This document shows, one piece after another, positions 1 to 11,238 of a DNA stretch of 64,000 bases. The stretch comes from Raillietiella orientalis (lineage: Eukaryota): NCBI GenBank assembly GCA_036172245.1, contig JAYWIR010000013.1, forward strand, positions 1,302,001-1,366,000, in the 5' to 3' direction. Position 1 is the first letter of the stretch. Every line of letters starts with the position of its first letter. The notes beneath the pieces were generated by a model. That model had not been told where the DNA came from. It did no database searches and worked only from the letters and a program-made list of their open reading frames with translations. The position numbers and the translations under genes were made by a program.

Positions 1-239
1 GGAATTCCCAAAAGCTCTTCCAATAATCCCAGGAGCATTCAGATAACCCATCGTCCTTTTTGCAGCAACAACACGAAAAGAGAAAAAAGAAGAGAAGAGG
101 CGTAAAGGATTCCAAGACCCTAAGCGGCAGCTAAAATCTGATACGGAGCAAAGAAGGAGAGCAACGAGACACACGGGTTCTTTCGTACCCAGCTTGAAGT
201 TTTAGTGACTGCACGCATCCCAGGGGTCCCTGAAAACAA

Positions 240-600
240 CTCATCATGGCGGAAAAGATCATCAGATGCGGGACGCTCCCTCCCGTGAACTGGGGCCGGG
301 GAGTTGCCGGGGCCACGGGCCGCTCTGAGTACGCAACCAGACACAGGACCTGCCACGGGATTCTGCCGGGACGGGATAAGACAGCGCCGCCGTGGCAGCG
401 GCTGCAAAGGGTGTGTCGCTCTCCGTGTCGCCGTGCACGCGAGGCCGCTTCCACGCGTGCCTTTCTGTCCGTGGACGCACTGACTGAGGTGGACCTCCAC
501 GACCAACATGACCCACTGTCGTAGCCGGTGCGGGCTGTAGCCCTCCGTGAGAGGAAAGGGAATAACCCGACACGGGAACTGCCACGGAACTCTGCCTCTC
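240..600 (+). mobile_element. Degenerate L1/Tx1-clade ORF2 C-terminal (zf-RVT-like) fragment
   Basis: Frameshifted translation gives HRTCHGILPGRDK...CKGC...H...C, resembling the HxxLPT...CxxC...H...C motif at the end of L1-clade ORF2. Confidence 0.45.
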
Positions 601-759
601 CAATTGGGACCCCTGGTGCTTTGTCTCCTCAGGGACATCCCCGGTTTCGAGTTAAAGAGAGAAAGACCGAATGGCGCTGGTGTACCTTTCTCCATGAAGA
701 CTTCTGGATGACCGGCGAAACTGGACTCGGATGAGCTGGTAAACGGTTCCGGCAGCGAA

Positions 760-2010
760 GGCGGTGAGAGGGCGACTTGCACCTGGAACTCCCGTTGCAG
801 GAACTGCACTGGGAGACAGAACGAGCAACGGGAAGAAGCTCGCTCAAAATGAAGGAAGAAGAAACCGGAAGGTGCTTCGAGTCCGCTCCTCCCGAAGGTC
901 GGGACTCTGGAGCGAAGGTCTCCTTCCAAAGGTGGTTCGACCCCTCGGGACTTCTTCCCGTCCCCACTGAAGGCAAGAAGGGACTCGTGGGCCAACCGGC
1001 TCCTAGACTCAAAGACTTGCGTGCTCCGCATAAGATGGTGAACGGGGTCTCTTTACGTTGGAAATGACGGAACTGCAGCTCCAGATCAGGAGACTCGCTC
1101 TCGCGGCGAAACTGTGGACAGTGTCTTGATGCTCACCAAGAGAGCAACCGGCTGCGAAGGACTTTATTCGGTCCTCCTAGCCGACGACACGAGTCTGAGG
1201 CATTATGGCCATCAGCTACGTCGGATGGTTGACTTGACGAATTGCACTGCCTGGTTCCAGGAGTCAGTTTCCGCATATTGAAAGATCTACGGCTTGAGAG
1301 AGGTGAAGTGAGTTTCCTGCCTCCGGGAAGGAAGACACTCTTGAGAGCCGTTGCAGGAGATCTTCTGCAACCCACGCATGCTGCTGTGGGCTTGCTTCAC
1401 CCCCCTTGCCCCAGTGCTTCTCTCCCTGAAGGACGCAAGGGACAGCGATCTTCCTGCAAAGTGGGAGGAGTCGTGCCGCATCCAAGGCAGGAAAACACTT
1501 CTAAGCGGGTGGACAACTCGGTAGCTAGCGGACACTGAGACCCCGAGTGTCCCGCCAAAAAGACTTTTACTCTGGGGCAGTTAGCCCCAGAGTAAAAGTC
1601 CACGATTCCTCCGGAGGAGGTGAAGAGGCCGTCCCCAGCCTGCTGGAACAGGGGCACTCCCTTACTCAAGGGAGGACTTCCTGCACCTCCTGCTGGGCTG
1701 TGCCACCCTCCGACCCCTTTGGGATCGCCTCTCGACGATGCTAGAAATCCCGGTAAACGGCCTCAGGGACATTTTCAGACGCCTCTTAGCGCGTGGTGCC
1801 TCATTGCCGCCAGCCGCGTCCCTCGCGGTCTCCGAGGCATCACAGTGGCCTGGAACGCCAGAAGAGGCCTAAGTGGCAGGGATGCCATCCACTGGGTGCG
1901 GATATTTTTTGAAGATCGCCTCCAGATGGCCCCACCTGGGTGAACGAACAACACTTGTCAGCATCGTGGACAGGATGCAGAGGACGTTTGTCACCCGGAT
2001 ATTCCAGGAC
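760..2010 (+). mobile_element. L1/Tx1-clade retrotransposon fragment (end of RT through ORF2 C-terminus), same family as the 44772-47274 element
   Basis: Visible nucleotide similarity to the minus strand of ~45050-46250, e.g. AGACTCGCTCTCGCGGCGAAACTGTGGAC at ~1091 vs AGACTCGCCCTCGCGGCGAAACTATGGAC at ~46105(-). Shared peptide GITVAWNARRGLSGRDAIHWVRIF vs GIVAAWNARRRGRNGRDCIHWKRIF. Confidence 0.8.
1562..1600. repeat. Perfect 17-bp inverted repeat, 5-nt loop
   Basis: GACTTTTACTCTGGGGC-AGTTA-GCCCCAGAGTAAAAGTC. Confidence 0.95.
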
Positions 2011-2020
2011 ATTTATTATT

Positions 2021-2370
2021 CTAATTCAGTACAGAATTAGATAATAAAGTCTTTGAGTATAGTTTTTTGTGGGGGAGCACTTGGTTCTCCCACGCTGGCG
2101 GACTTGTCTTGAGCCGGTGCTGAGACCGATGAGGTCCTCTCCCTAGGCGCAGGGGAAGGAGAAACTGAAACAAAAAGAAACAAAAAGAGAAATAACGGGG
2201 AAGGGAATAGTTATATGGGGGAGTGGAGGGCAGGGAGGGGATCACTGGGCGCCTGGGTCGGTCCTCTGAATCCTATCCAGGATGCTGACGAGTTCTGCTT
2301 TTATTCTGTGTGGTAGACGCCACCTTGTTGCCGTCTCCAAAGAGATGCAGAGGACGTCTCTCAGTAAAAT
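2021..2370 (-). mobile_element. 3' end (ORF2 C-terminus plus 3' UTR) of the same L1/Tx1 family
   Basis: Minus-strand ...IKAELVSILDRIQRTDPGAQ* matches IKQELASILQRMRMT (49232 copy) and IRTELDSILNRLPKT (45070 copy). It is followed by the family 3' UTR (C-rich, TTTG-rich, GACCTCATCGGTC). Confidence 0.75.
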
Positions 2371-2379
2371 GTAATCCTT

Positions 2380-2640
2380 CCCCCCCCTCTCCCCTCCCTT
2401 ATAAACTCCTTCCCTCCTTATTTTTTCTTTTCTTTTTTGTTTGGTTGTTTGTTTTGTGGTTTTCCCTCCTCCTTCGCCGCTGGAGCTGACCTCATCGGTC
2501 TGCGTACCGGTTTTTGGCAGATGATTCGCGCGTGACAGAATAATGTGTTCTACCACGAATCTGTAATATAGAAGACGACTTTTATGATAATTTTTTTGTA
2601 ATAAATGCCCCGGAAAATCCGGGCGACAAACCTCTGGGTT
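2380..2640 (+). mobile_element. 3' UTR fragment of the same L1/Tx1 family
   Basis: Shares GACCTCxxCGGTCxGCGTAC, GTTCTACC and GTAATAAATGCCCCGG (contains AATAAA) with 44820-45050(-). A further copy lies at ~3280-3415(-). Confidence 0.8.
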
Positions 2641-2649
2641 CTGAGAGTG

Positions 2650-3250
2650 TCTCCAATCTGCACTGCAGACCTCCGTGGTAAAAGGGAGAGGCGAGACGAT
2701 CGCGGGACGGCCACCCGGAACCACCTGGTCCTCCTCGTTCCCAGCACGGATTCCTCAGGGAGTTGCGGATTCGTATCCCGTGCTGCGACGTACCTGGAGC
2801 CCATGCTCTCGCGGTCTGGAACTCGAGACGTGGTTTCCGGCGCCGCAACCGCTCTGCCGTATCGCCCATAGGAGGATGGGAGGGAAGCAGCGAATTTCAA
2901 GAGCGCATTCCCTGGATCCTCTTCCCATCAGCTGTCCTTGTCCTTCGGGATGACTTTGATCTTGGAAGTGGCCGCAGGCACACTTTCTTATTCGTATTCC
3001 CAAGTAGTGCCGGCGATCTTCCACCGGCATCTCCTTCTAGTTGAAACTGCCAGGAGCTCCTCGGGATCAAGTCGCTTCGTTCTTTCCGAGGGTTCTCTTC
3101 ACCCCCTCCTCCTCCCCGTGTGCATTGTGGGACCAGTTCCTTACCACCTAGAACTTACCGTTCTGGACTTTTCCTGCTGCCACTGGCAGACTCCACTCCC
3201 AGACCCCTCCCTCCTTCCGGAAGGCGAGGTGAGGTCGAAATGATTTCGCT
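2650..3250 (-). mobile_element. Degenerate L1-clade reverse transcriptase N-terminal part
   Basis: Minus frame with stops reads KIKVIPKDKD, resembling the IxLIPKxxKD RT motif; deleted and frameshifted. Confidence 0.45.
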
Positions 3251-3429
3251 CCAGGACCTCCTTCCACGCCGCTACAGGTTTTCCACCTGGTTGTGCTGGT
3301 GCATTGATTATTGAAAAAGTAATAAAAAAAAAGTACAGCAAGGTGGTCTTTGTAATGGTAGAACACGTGGTTTGCCACGTGAGTCCAACGTGCCGACCAC
3401 CGGTACGGAGACTGCGAGGTCTACTCCAG

Positions 3430-4495
3430 TGGCGAAGGGGGAAAGGAAACCCAGAAGGGAATCTCCTGTGCAACCTGGAAGGCTCTTGCGCTACGCAGAA
3501 TGGGGTTCAGGACCTCATGACGGGAAATGGCCATCTCATCGTGATCGGCGGCGCGTTTCCCGGGAGGTCGGCTTGAACCCTGTCACCAGAGAGGACAGCA
3601 TCCTGGCGAAGCGGGAATCGCGCGCCCGACTCTGTTCACCACGTGAAGAGAAGCAGAGGTGGAGACCGCTGGGACAACTCGACCACCGGAAGAAAGGTCA
3701 CACCCTACTCCCTACCCCCTTTCTTCCCAGGAGATGCGGAAACCTACTGCCCAGAATGCCTCCACTGGCCAGTGCAGGGCAAGGCGGGGTCGCAGCGGAC
3801 TGGCGGGGTGGGAGAGCTGGGAGAGCCGCAAGAAGGGGCTCCACGAAAATCTTCATGTGGCTCTTCCTTTCCGACAGCGTCGTGACCTCGCGTCGCAGTT
3901 TCTCTCGTTCGGCACCCGAGCGCTTCAGATGCGTTCACTTGCGGGAAGTTCACTTGGCCGTTCTTCAACCGACGAAGCCCAACCCGCTGCGCTGCAGTCG
4001 ACCCGACCCTTCCAGTGACCCCGGAAACATGAGACTGCGTTTAGCGCAGTCTCGAAGCTCCCCTTCCGATCAGGAATGCGTCGGATGTAGTGGATCCGTC
4101 TGGCAGGCAGGATGCCGGAATCTTTATCGCGATGATGACTCGTCACCCCGGGAACACCGATCAGTGGGGAAGGAGTTTGAAAACCGAAGGGCTTCAGGAG
4201 GAGCATCCCAGCGTGCAGAGGAGACGGAGAAAAGCGATGGATCTTTACGCCTCGCATCCGAGGGCTGTGGCAACGAAGACGAGTGGCAAAGATAAGACGA
4301 ATCTTGATCGAATGATTGGAAACGAACCGGGGGAAATCGGGAATGAATGGGAGGGAGGGAGGGGAAGAAGGTATGGATCCTGCCAAACTGCGGAGAGGAG
4401 GGTCAGACTTCTGATTGGACGCTGCCGCTTCCTCTCCAAGGGATCGAAGATGAGCACCTGAGCTGCGGACGGAATGCTTGCGGGTTTACCTTTCC
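3430..4495 (+). mobile_element. Degenerate L1-clade ORF2 endonuclease/linker fragment
   Basis: LIVIGG (GGDFN-like), WRPL...HT, MDLYAS (FYxxLY-like) and ADGML (GxDGL-like) occur in the expected order; heavily mutated. Confidence 0.45.
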
Positions 4496-4499
4496 TGCC

Positions 4500-5020
4500 T
4501 GCGCCGGGGCCGCGTGACTGCGGTCTCCGGGCATGGCACCATCGAGCGTCGTGGGTTCGACTCCCTCTCGGGGAAGCACCGCCGCCGGAAAAATCGGGAG
4601 TGCGTCGGGGATTCCAGTTCTCCCCGCAAGATGGCGCTGGTTGGCCTCGGATGGCTTGGGCGGGGATCGCGCGTCCGGTCCTGGCGGCACTGTCAGAGGA
4701 TAAAACCGGATGCCCCTGATGAGTGGCCGGAATTGAAGTCGATCCTCCTGGGTCCTTTCAGGAAAGAGAATCAAGGAATGCGGTTCCCTTCGGGGTTTCC
4801 CCTTCCGGTCGCTCAAAGGAGCCGTCTCGTACCGTGGAGCTGGTGGGTGGATGGCACCTCTCCAGCGTGCAAAGAAGCGCGCTGCTCCCTTCGGGGAGCA
4901 GACCCTTCCCAGAGATCGGGAAGCGTCTTTGCGGAGTTGTCTTCGAGAGGAGGAAGAAGCCGGGAGCAGATACTTTCTGGGGGGTCCCTCCGGAGAGGAA
5001 ATTCAAGAGCGGAAGCTGAT
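4500..5020 (+). mobile_element. 5' region of the tRNA-headed L1-family element (second copy)
   Basis: Colinear similarity with ~47256-46700(-). A-box-like GGGCCGCGTGA (~4507), B-box GGTTCGACTCC (4554-4564), CAAGATGGCGCTGGTTGGCCT, AAAACCGGA..CCCCT.ATGA and CCCTTCGGGG hairpins. Confidence 0.75.
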
Positions 5021-5199
5021 GTCTTTAGCTGTAGGCACAAATCGAAAACCTTGGTTTTGTTGTTTGAGGGCATGTTTTTATTTTCGTTTTCCATATCTCC
5101 ATCATAGCATTTCCACTCTACACCACTTGACGAGAACAACAAAATTAAACCTTGAAGACATGTGCCCAAAATAGTATCGTGGAGGATATTGGGGGGAAC

Positions 5200-8100
5200 A
5201 TAATGCACCTCCCAATCTTTCTGGTTTGCATTCTCTCTTAGATCTTCAAATTACCATTCAGTGAAGGCAGCTTTTCAAGGATAGAGTTCATTAGAAGTCA
5301 TCAGATCTCCAAAAGAAAACGCGACCGCATACGAAGAATACGTGAGTTGACAAGCGCAGGAATGTAGTGAATGAAAGTTTTCAAACAAAACATTGGAAAA
5401 AGCAAAAGCCTTTTAGGATTTTGAAAATAATACTTATCAGAGCGGAATCGCAGTTTCATCTTCGTTTGCTTAAATATTCCAAGAAGGTGCTTCCAAATTC
5501 GTCTCCAAGCTGACGGCATTCCTTCCCATGTTTCACATCGGATGCCAGATTCGTTGGTTGTAGCATGGACAGATTCGCCAAGTCCTTGCTAGGAAGCTGG
5601 GTTTTCCAAAATTGAATTTTCTTTGAAAAGTAGTGATACTGTTGTAGAGAGAGTCGATTCACTGCATAGGACTCTAAAGTCGGACTTCCAGTTCCTCCAA
5701 ACAAACAGTGATGCCCACAAGAAATGCCAAGCAATAGAAAATTGTTGCTGTTGCTTGGCAACGTGGCTGGCTACTTTCGGGGACTGTTTATGTCCATGAA
5801 CAGCTTAATCGTTTCGTGGAGTTTCTAGAAAAAAGGCTTTGACATTTCACCTTTACTTAGCCCCTTAACATGGAAATGTTACACATGATACATTATAACT
5901 CCAATTTAGACAAACATTGTTTGAATGGAAGATCCACGTTTCTAATAATTCACACAGTTAGTTACCGCAGACATTATTGAATCAACGGTTGAGGCCTTGT
6001 TAGAAGATGTTTTGGATTTGTGATGCAGAGACAGAAGACTAAACTCCAGGTTTCGGCCACTAAACTTCAATTTCTCTTTCGCTGACTCTACGAGACCATT
6101 CTTCTGCCAGCGGGGAACAGTAAATGAAGATCGTTGGCGGATCTTCATCTGTAGATGCACCCATGATTTATCAAATAGCAAGTGAAATTCCAGCCACACT
6201 AGACTTCACCTCGTATAAGTCTTATCCACGGTAGAACCTTGAGGTATTATCCTCGCTGCTATCCATTTCTTAGGTCTTTTTCTCTAAAATAAATTGATTG
6301 CCAACTGAACTGCATTTGTGATACCAGTTATCTCTCGATTGCTGAAGAGAAGAGGAGGCAATTTTGTAATTGTAACTTGTCCTATATCGAATCGCTGGAA
6401 TTAGTAGCCGCCTTGTCAATTCTTTCAGATACAGTTCAGTCGATAATGTTCGAACGGACGTGTCTAAACAAGTTAACCTTGTGTTGTCATAAGATCTTAA
6501 TAGCTGTTACTGGGCATTTTTTAACATACTTCCCCTTCCGTGTGGTTCAAGTCATTCAGCAGTTAACTTTCTGATTTCATGGCTCTCATAGACAGCCTTG
6601 TGATCTTCAACTCAAGTGTTGCCATTAATTTCTGTCGCAGCACTAGATCTTCTATCAAACAAGAGCTATTCCAAACTTCACCGGTAAAATCTTGGAACTC
6701 TGAATTTGATCTTGAAATGCCTTTCAGCGTTGCATTTTTTCTCTTGGTTGCAACTTGGCGCACAGGCTTTTGCCTCCATAGTGGAAAAAAAACTTGCAGT
6801 GCTCGTGGCACAAACTCATTTTCCTCCTTTGCTATAGTTTGGTGCATTCACAGGTACTACTTATAAAAACAACATGAGCTATTGTGTTTAAGATTTCGAA
6901 ACGTAAAAAGTTCACCAAATAAGTAGATGACTTTAAATACATTTCTTACATGTGCCTTTAAACTTGATAGCCATCTGCAAAATTAGCAGCCTGCCGAATG
7001 ATATACTCTTTTTCGAGGACGGAATGCGTTCTTAATGAGTTTCCATGATCCACTTTCACAGTAATAATCGGCAGGTTCACATCAGCGACTCTCATTGTGA
7101 AGAAGTTGCGGGTTCAAAAAATTTTGAGGCGCGCGCGAAACGCTCTTTGGGCTCCATAAGGGACGCTGGTCCCATAATTGGTTTTAGCAATGGGAAGAGA
7201 CCATTTACTGCCTCACCATTATGATTTAAGTCACAGGCAAGACTTACGCATCGCAACACGTGTGTGTCCTTTTGAAGAATCACAAAGCATCAGCAACTTT
7301 TAAAAGAGGTTGTATCTTGAGGCACCACATGCAGAAGGACTAATAGTTTCTGAAGAAAATGAGTTTAGTTACTCTTCCTGGTCGACACCAACCCAACTTT
7401 GACTCTTTCTCCCAATATGTACGTGGCTTCATAATATTAGAACTGTTCTCATTGAGGACATGTAGCTTCATGAAGAAAGAAGCATAAATTGGGGCACGGA
7501 ACGAAACCTGTCAGGATTCGACACTGAACGGTACAATTCTTTAGAATGGACCAGAATTCTCCTATGAAAACGCTTTTAAGAAACGAATGTGCAAACGAAA
7601 AGGAATTTATTTGAAAAACATTAAAACTGGAAACACTGAAAAGGACCATCGTTTATAATGGTTTTATTAGAATCCTTTTGGGTCACTCAAACATTCAAGC
7701 ATCAGAATCTGAAAATCAGTTTGGTTTCAGCGTTACCAAGGAATCATAAACCGCCCACCAGCATAAAGTTTATGATGATTTAATACAAGGTTGTGTGCTG
7801 TTTCAAGGAGCTCATCAGAATGGAAACGGAAAATGAGTTTACAAAGAATAAATGTATAATAAAAAAATAACCAAGCAAATCGAACTCTTCAGGTAGTCAA
7901 ACAGGGAAGAAAGGATAACACACACACACACACAAATACAAAAAAAATATGATTCGATTTCGCAAGAATCGAAAAGACCTTAAATCATTCCCGTTTGCAC
8001 TTTCATGCGAAGCTTTCAATCTCATGGATTCGAATTTGCTGCTTGCGTAGGAAAAGTTTAAAAAATCGTAGTTGAAAAAATTCAAAATTCGTGTTCAAGG

Positions 8101-9700
8101 CTTCCGTGAGATCTTCATACAAAGTGAATCATCTGTTTCTAAATGTTTCCGACTTCAGAAAAAACACATGGAAATTCTCAAGAAATTCGAATGTTGCTGG
8201 GGCTTTCTCATACCAAGGGAATACACAGGTGTCTCAGACAAAAGTTCTCGAGCAAATTATCTCGCAAAAAGTTGATAAAGGATATTTATCTGAAAGAGCG
8301 TTGAAAAACTACTGTTTTCATGAACTATAGGGATGTTTCTTTCAAATTAAGCAGTTTAACGGTATCTCCTCTAAACCAAACGAGACTACTCACAAATGGA
8401 CTAAATTTCCAAACTCTCATTTTGTCTATTTCATTGTTATTACAAAAGAGAGGGAAAAGACAACGCATTTGGTGTATCCAAACTCCTAAGTTAGCTTGAA
8501 TCACTCACAAAGAAGACAGTCTTACTGGAGGCTACTGAGAATACCGATCAAGAAAAGACACTCAGCACCAATGCAGGATACAATGACTGACTCGAAATTT
8601 ACAAAGATTCAAGTGCATTGATGTCGATGACCATGTTCTTGGATTGAATGGAGGAGCAGTGCAGAATACGAAAATGCCGGATAATGCTGTAGCAACAAAA
8701 AACTTCTACTTTTTCGAAAGCTGTGCAAACAATGATTTCAAGAAACTCAACTGAACATCCAGATGTTATATTTTGGATATTTTATTTGGAAAGCACCAGT
8801 TAGCATGCATCCTGACTGGCTTCTGTTCGTTTATTTCAGGAAGAAAAGAAAAAGCAGGTATATTTTATGGCCTTGAAGATGTAAATCAACACAGTAATGC
8901 ATTCGCTCAGATTACATTTGGTGTGAATAGCCGCTCAGAAGAGCATGAGGTTAAAGAAAGCAAAGCCAAACGAGGAAAACTTGTTTGTTTGATAGATGAT
9001 TTGATTTCAAACTAGATTGCTTTCACTGATGTTCTGATTCAAAAAAGGACCACCAATGTGCGTAAAGGCAGCTATTTTGTACCACATAAAAAAAAAGAAA
9101 AAACGCTGAAACTGCTTCTCCTTACATCGCTTTCGATGATTGAAGGAGATTCACATATGAATTTGCTGGAAATGGGACTTGCTTCTGTCTTTCAATTACA
9201 TTAGGATTTTATCGAATTTGTCACTTTTGAGTACATTTTCATCCACTGCAGCATAAGAGAAGTGATGCATGAATGGTTGCCGCATTTTCTGAAGCCACGA
9301 TAAATATTGGTTTCAAGTTCGTCTTTTGCTGTTAAAGTGCAGGTGGATGAAATATATGATGAAAGGATCGCTGAAAAATTTGGAATGCTTCCCATGTTGT
9401 GTTTCAATTTTTTCATTCGCAATTGGTACTTGTGGGTCCCGGAGCAAACATCTTTTCATGCAAATGACACAAAAAAGTGATTTTAATTTGGATTGATTTT
9501 TTCTTGGAGGGGTGGAGCGTTTCTTTGAGACGCATTGGCGCCACTGATTCTCGTGATTGTTGAACAAAAGAGCAAAAACCAAAAAAACATGCAATCCTGA
9601 TTGTTTTCGAACGTCATCGAAAGATTTTCTAGGGACTGCTCTTTACGGAAGCGATTTCAGCAGGTTTGTTTTACGTTGGCTTTTGCTATGGCCTCTAAAA
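5200..9700 (-). mobile_element. Highly decayed Ty3/Gypsy-like LTR retrotransposon internal region
   Basis: Minus-strand motif relics in Gypsy order: Cys-containing gag-like segment (~9470), protease-like LYPALVLSVFS (~8580), RNase H-like LACDLNHNGEAV...ERFARAS (~7240-7125), integrase-like TVPRWQKNGLVESAKEKLK (~6120-6065). No LTRs recognised; boundaries approximate. Confidence 0.5.
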
Positions 9701-11238
9701 CCAAAAGCTCAGATTTCTCTGTCAAGTACACGGGTAAATATATATACTGTAAGCACCTGAGTGCCCCAAATTGTGACCTGTAATGTTCATGTGACACCTA
9801 AAACTGTCGTTCGAAACCTTTGCTGAGAAAATGCCTCTTACCAACGAATACTGTGACATGCACCCGCCCACTGTTTAAAGCGGAGAAGCTCATGGAAAAC
9901 GTAGGTTTTAAATTTCAAGTTTCATAAAAAGTGGTCATATCTGCTAACTTGGGAAAGCCAGGGTCAACTGAGGTGTGCACATTACTTGCATCCCTTTCCC
10001 TCATAGTACGCGAGACGAGACTGGCCGTTTTCGATTCTTAATTACGAATTTTTGAAAAAAATAATGTGACCAATAGCTTTTTCATGTTTTGCTCGTCCAA
10101 TTATCCATAAATTTATAAGAGGGTGCCTCTTTCTGTTGAGTGTCGCATCATCCCAAATCTTGATTACCAAAAAGCTTCATTTTCCAAGACCTATGCATAC
10201 AAATGGGGCAGACAAATTCACGAACATAGCCCCGAAGATTAGCACCCAATGATGCCTAAAATATTTTGGCTATTGTCTCTGCCTTTGATATAACCATGGC
10301 TAGAATTTGCATGCAAAAATTTGGTCAAATAAGCAGAAATTTCTTTAACATTTCATCAAATGGAATTTAGGCAGCATGCAGTAGCAGTTTTCTATTTTTG
10401 ATGAGTTGATAACCTTAGCAACTGCTGACTCAGTCAGAAAAGTTGATGCTAGATGCAAAAAAACTTGCATTTCAAATTAATGATGAAAAATGATGCTGGA
10501 AAAGAAAAATAAAAGGCAGGAATCCCTGCTTTTTACTGAAGTTGACAAAAATTTTTGGTTAGAGTACACTTCTGTCTTATGTGCATCCAGTCTACACTTA
10601 GCAGTTTATTTTCTTACTGATAAATGCTTTAGATGATAATGTTAATAATTTTATGAGATCATTGTAATGCTAAATTCCATTAAATTCTACATTGATGCAA
10701 AAATCAAAAGCCTAGTGATCCAACAATCAAGATAGTCAAAGGAATGTTTTCATAAAACAACAAAGGATACATCTGGATAGGATACATCTAATTTGCTGTC
10801 CAGATGTACATCAAATTTGACAGTGCCTTGTCATAAACCCAGTTTTCTGCATCTTTGCATGTTTCAGCACTCCATTTTATGTTTAAACATCAAGTACAAG
10901 TTAGGTTGAAATAAATGCTCTTATACACTTCTGAGTGAAGCAACTGTTCTCTAATACATTCATTCATACCATATTGCCTGTTGTGATGTCAATGCAAAAA
11001 CTGATTTAATCAGGAAAATTTACTGAGTTACTGGAATAATTAAGATGTATGACGAAACCGATTTATATCATTAACACACAGACTTTTTCTTGCATTGTGG
11101 CACAAGTGAACACCTGTTCCAAACTTGCCCCCAATTGACTGAAAATACGAACTTTTCTCAGATGCTGTTTTAAGGTTTTAATTACTCAATCAGACAGTTT
11201 TCTAAACAAACGAGACTTTATAACTCCTTTTGAAGCTT

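Noticed and set aside
4500..4575. Functional tRNA gene
   Set aside because: A/B boxes and a T-arm are present, but no convincing acceptor stem or anticodon arm; treated as a tRNA-derived repeat head.
120..5208. Many long overlapping ORFs (e.g. 303 aa at 120-1031, 307 aa at 3372-4295)
   Set aside because: GC-rich shadow frames of decayed L1 fragments; the recognisable motifs are scattered across frames and no intact gene is present.
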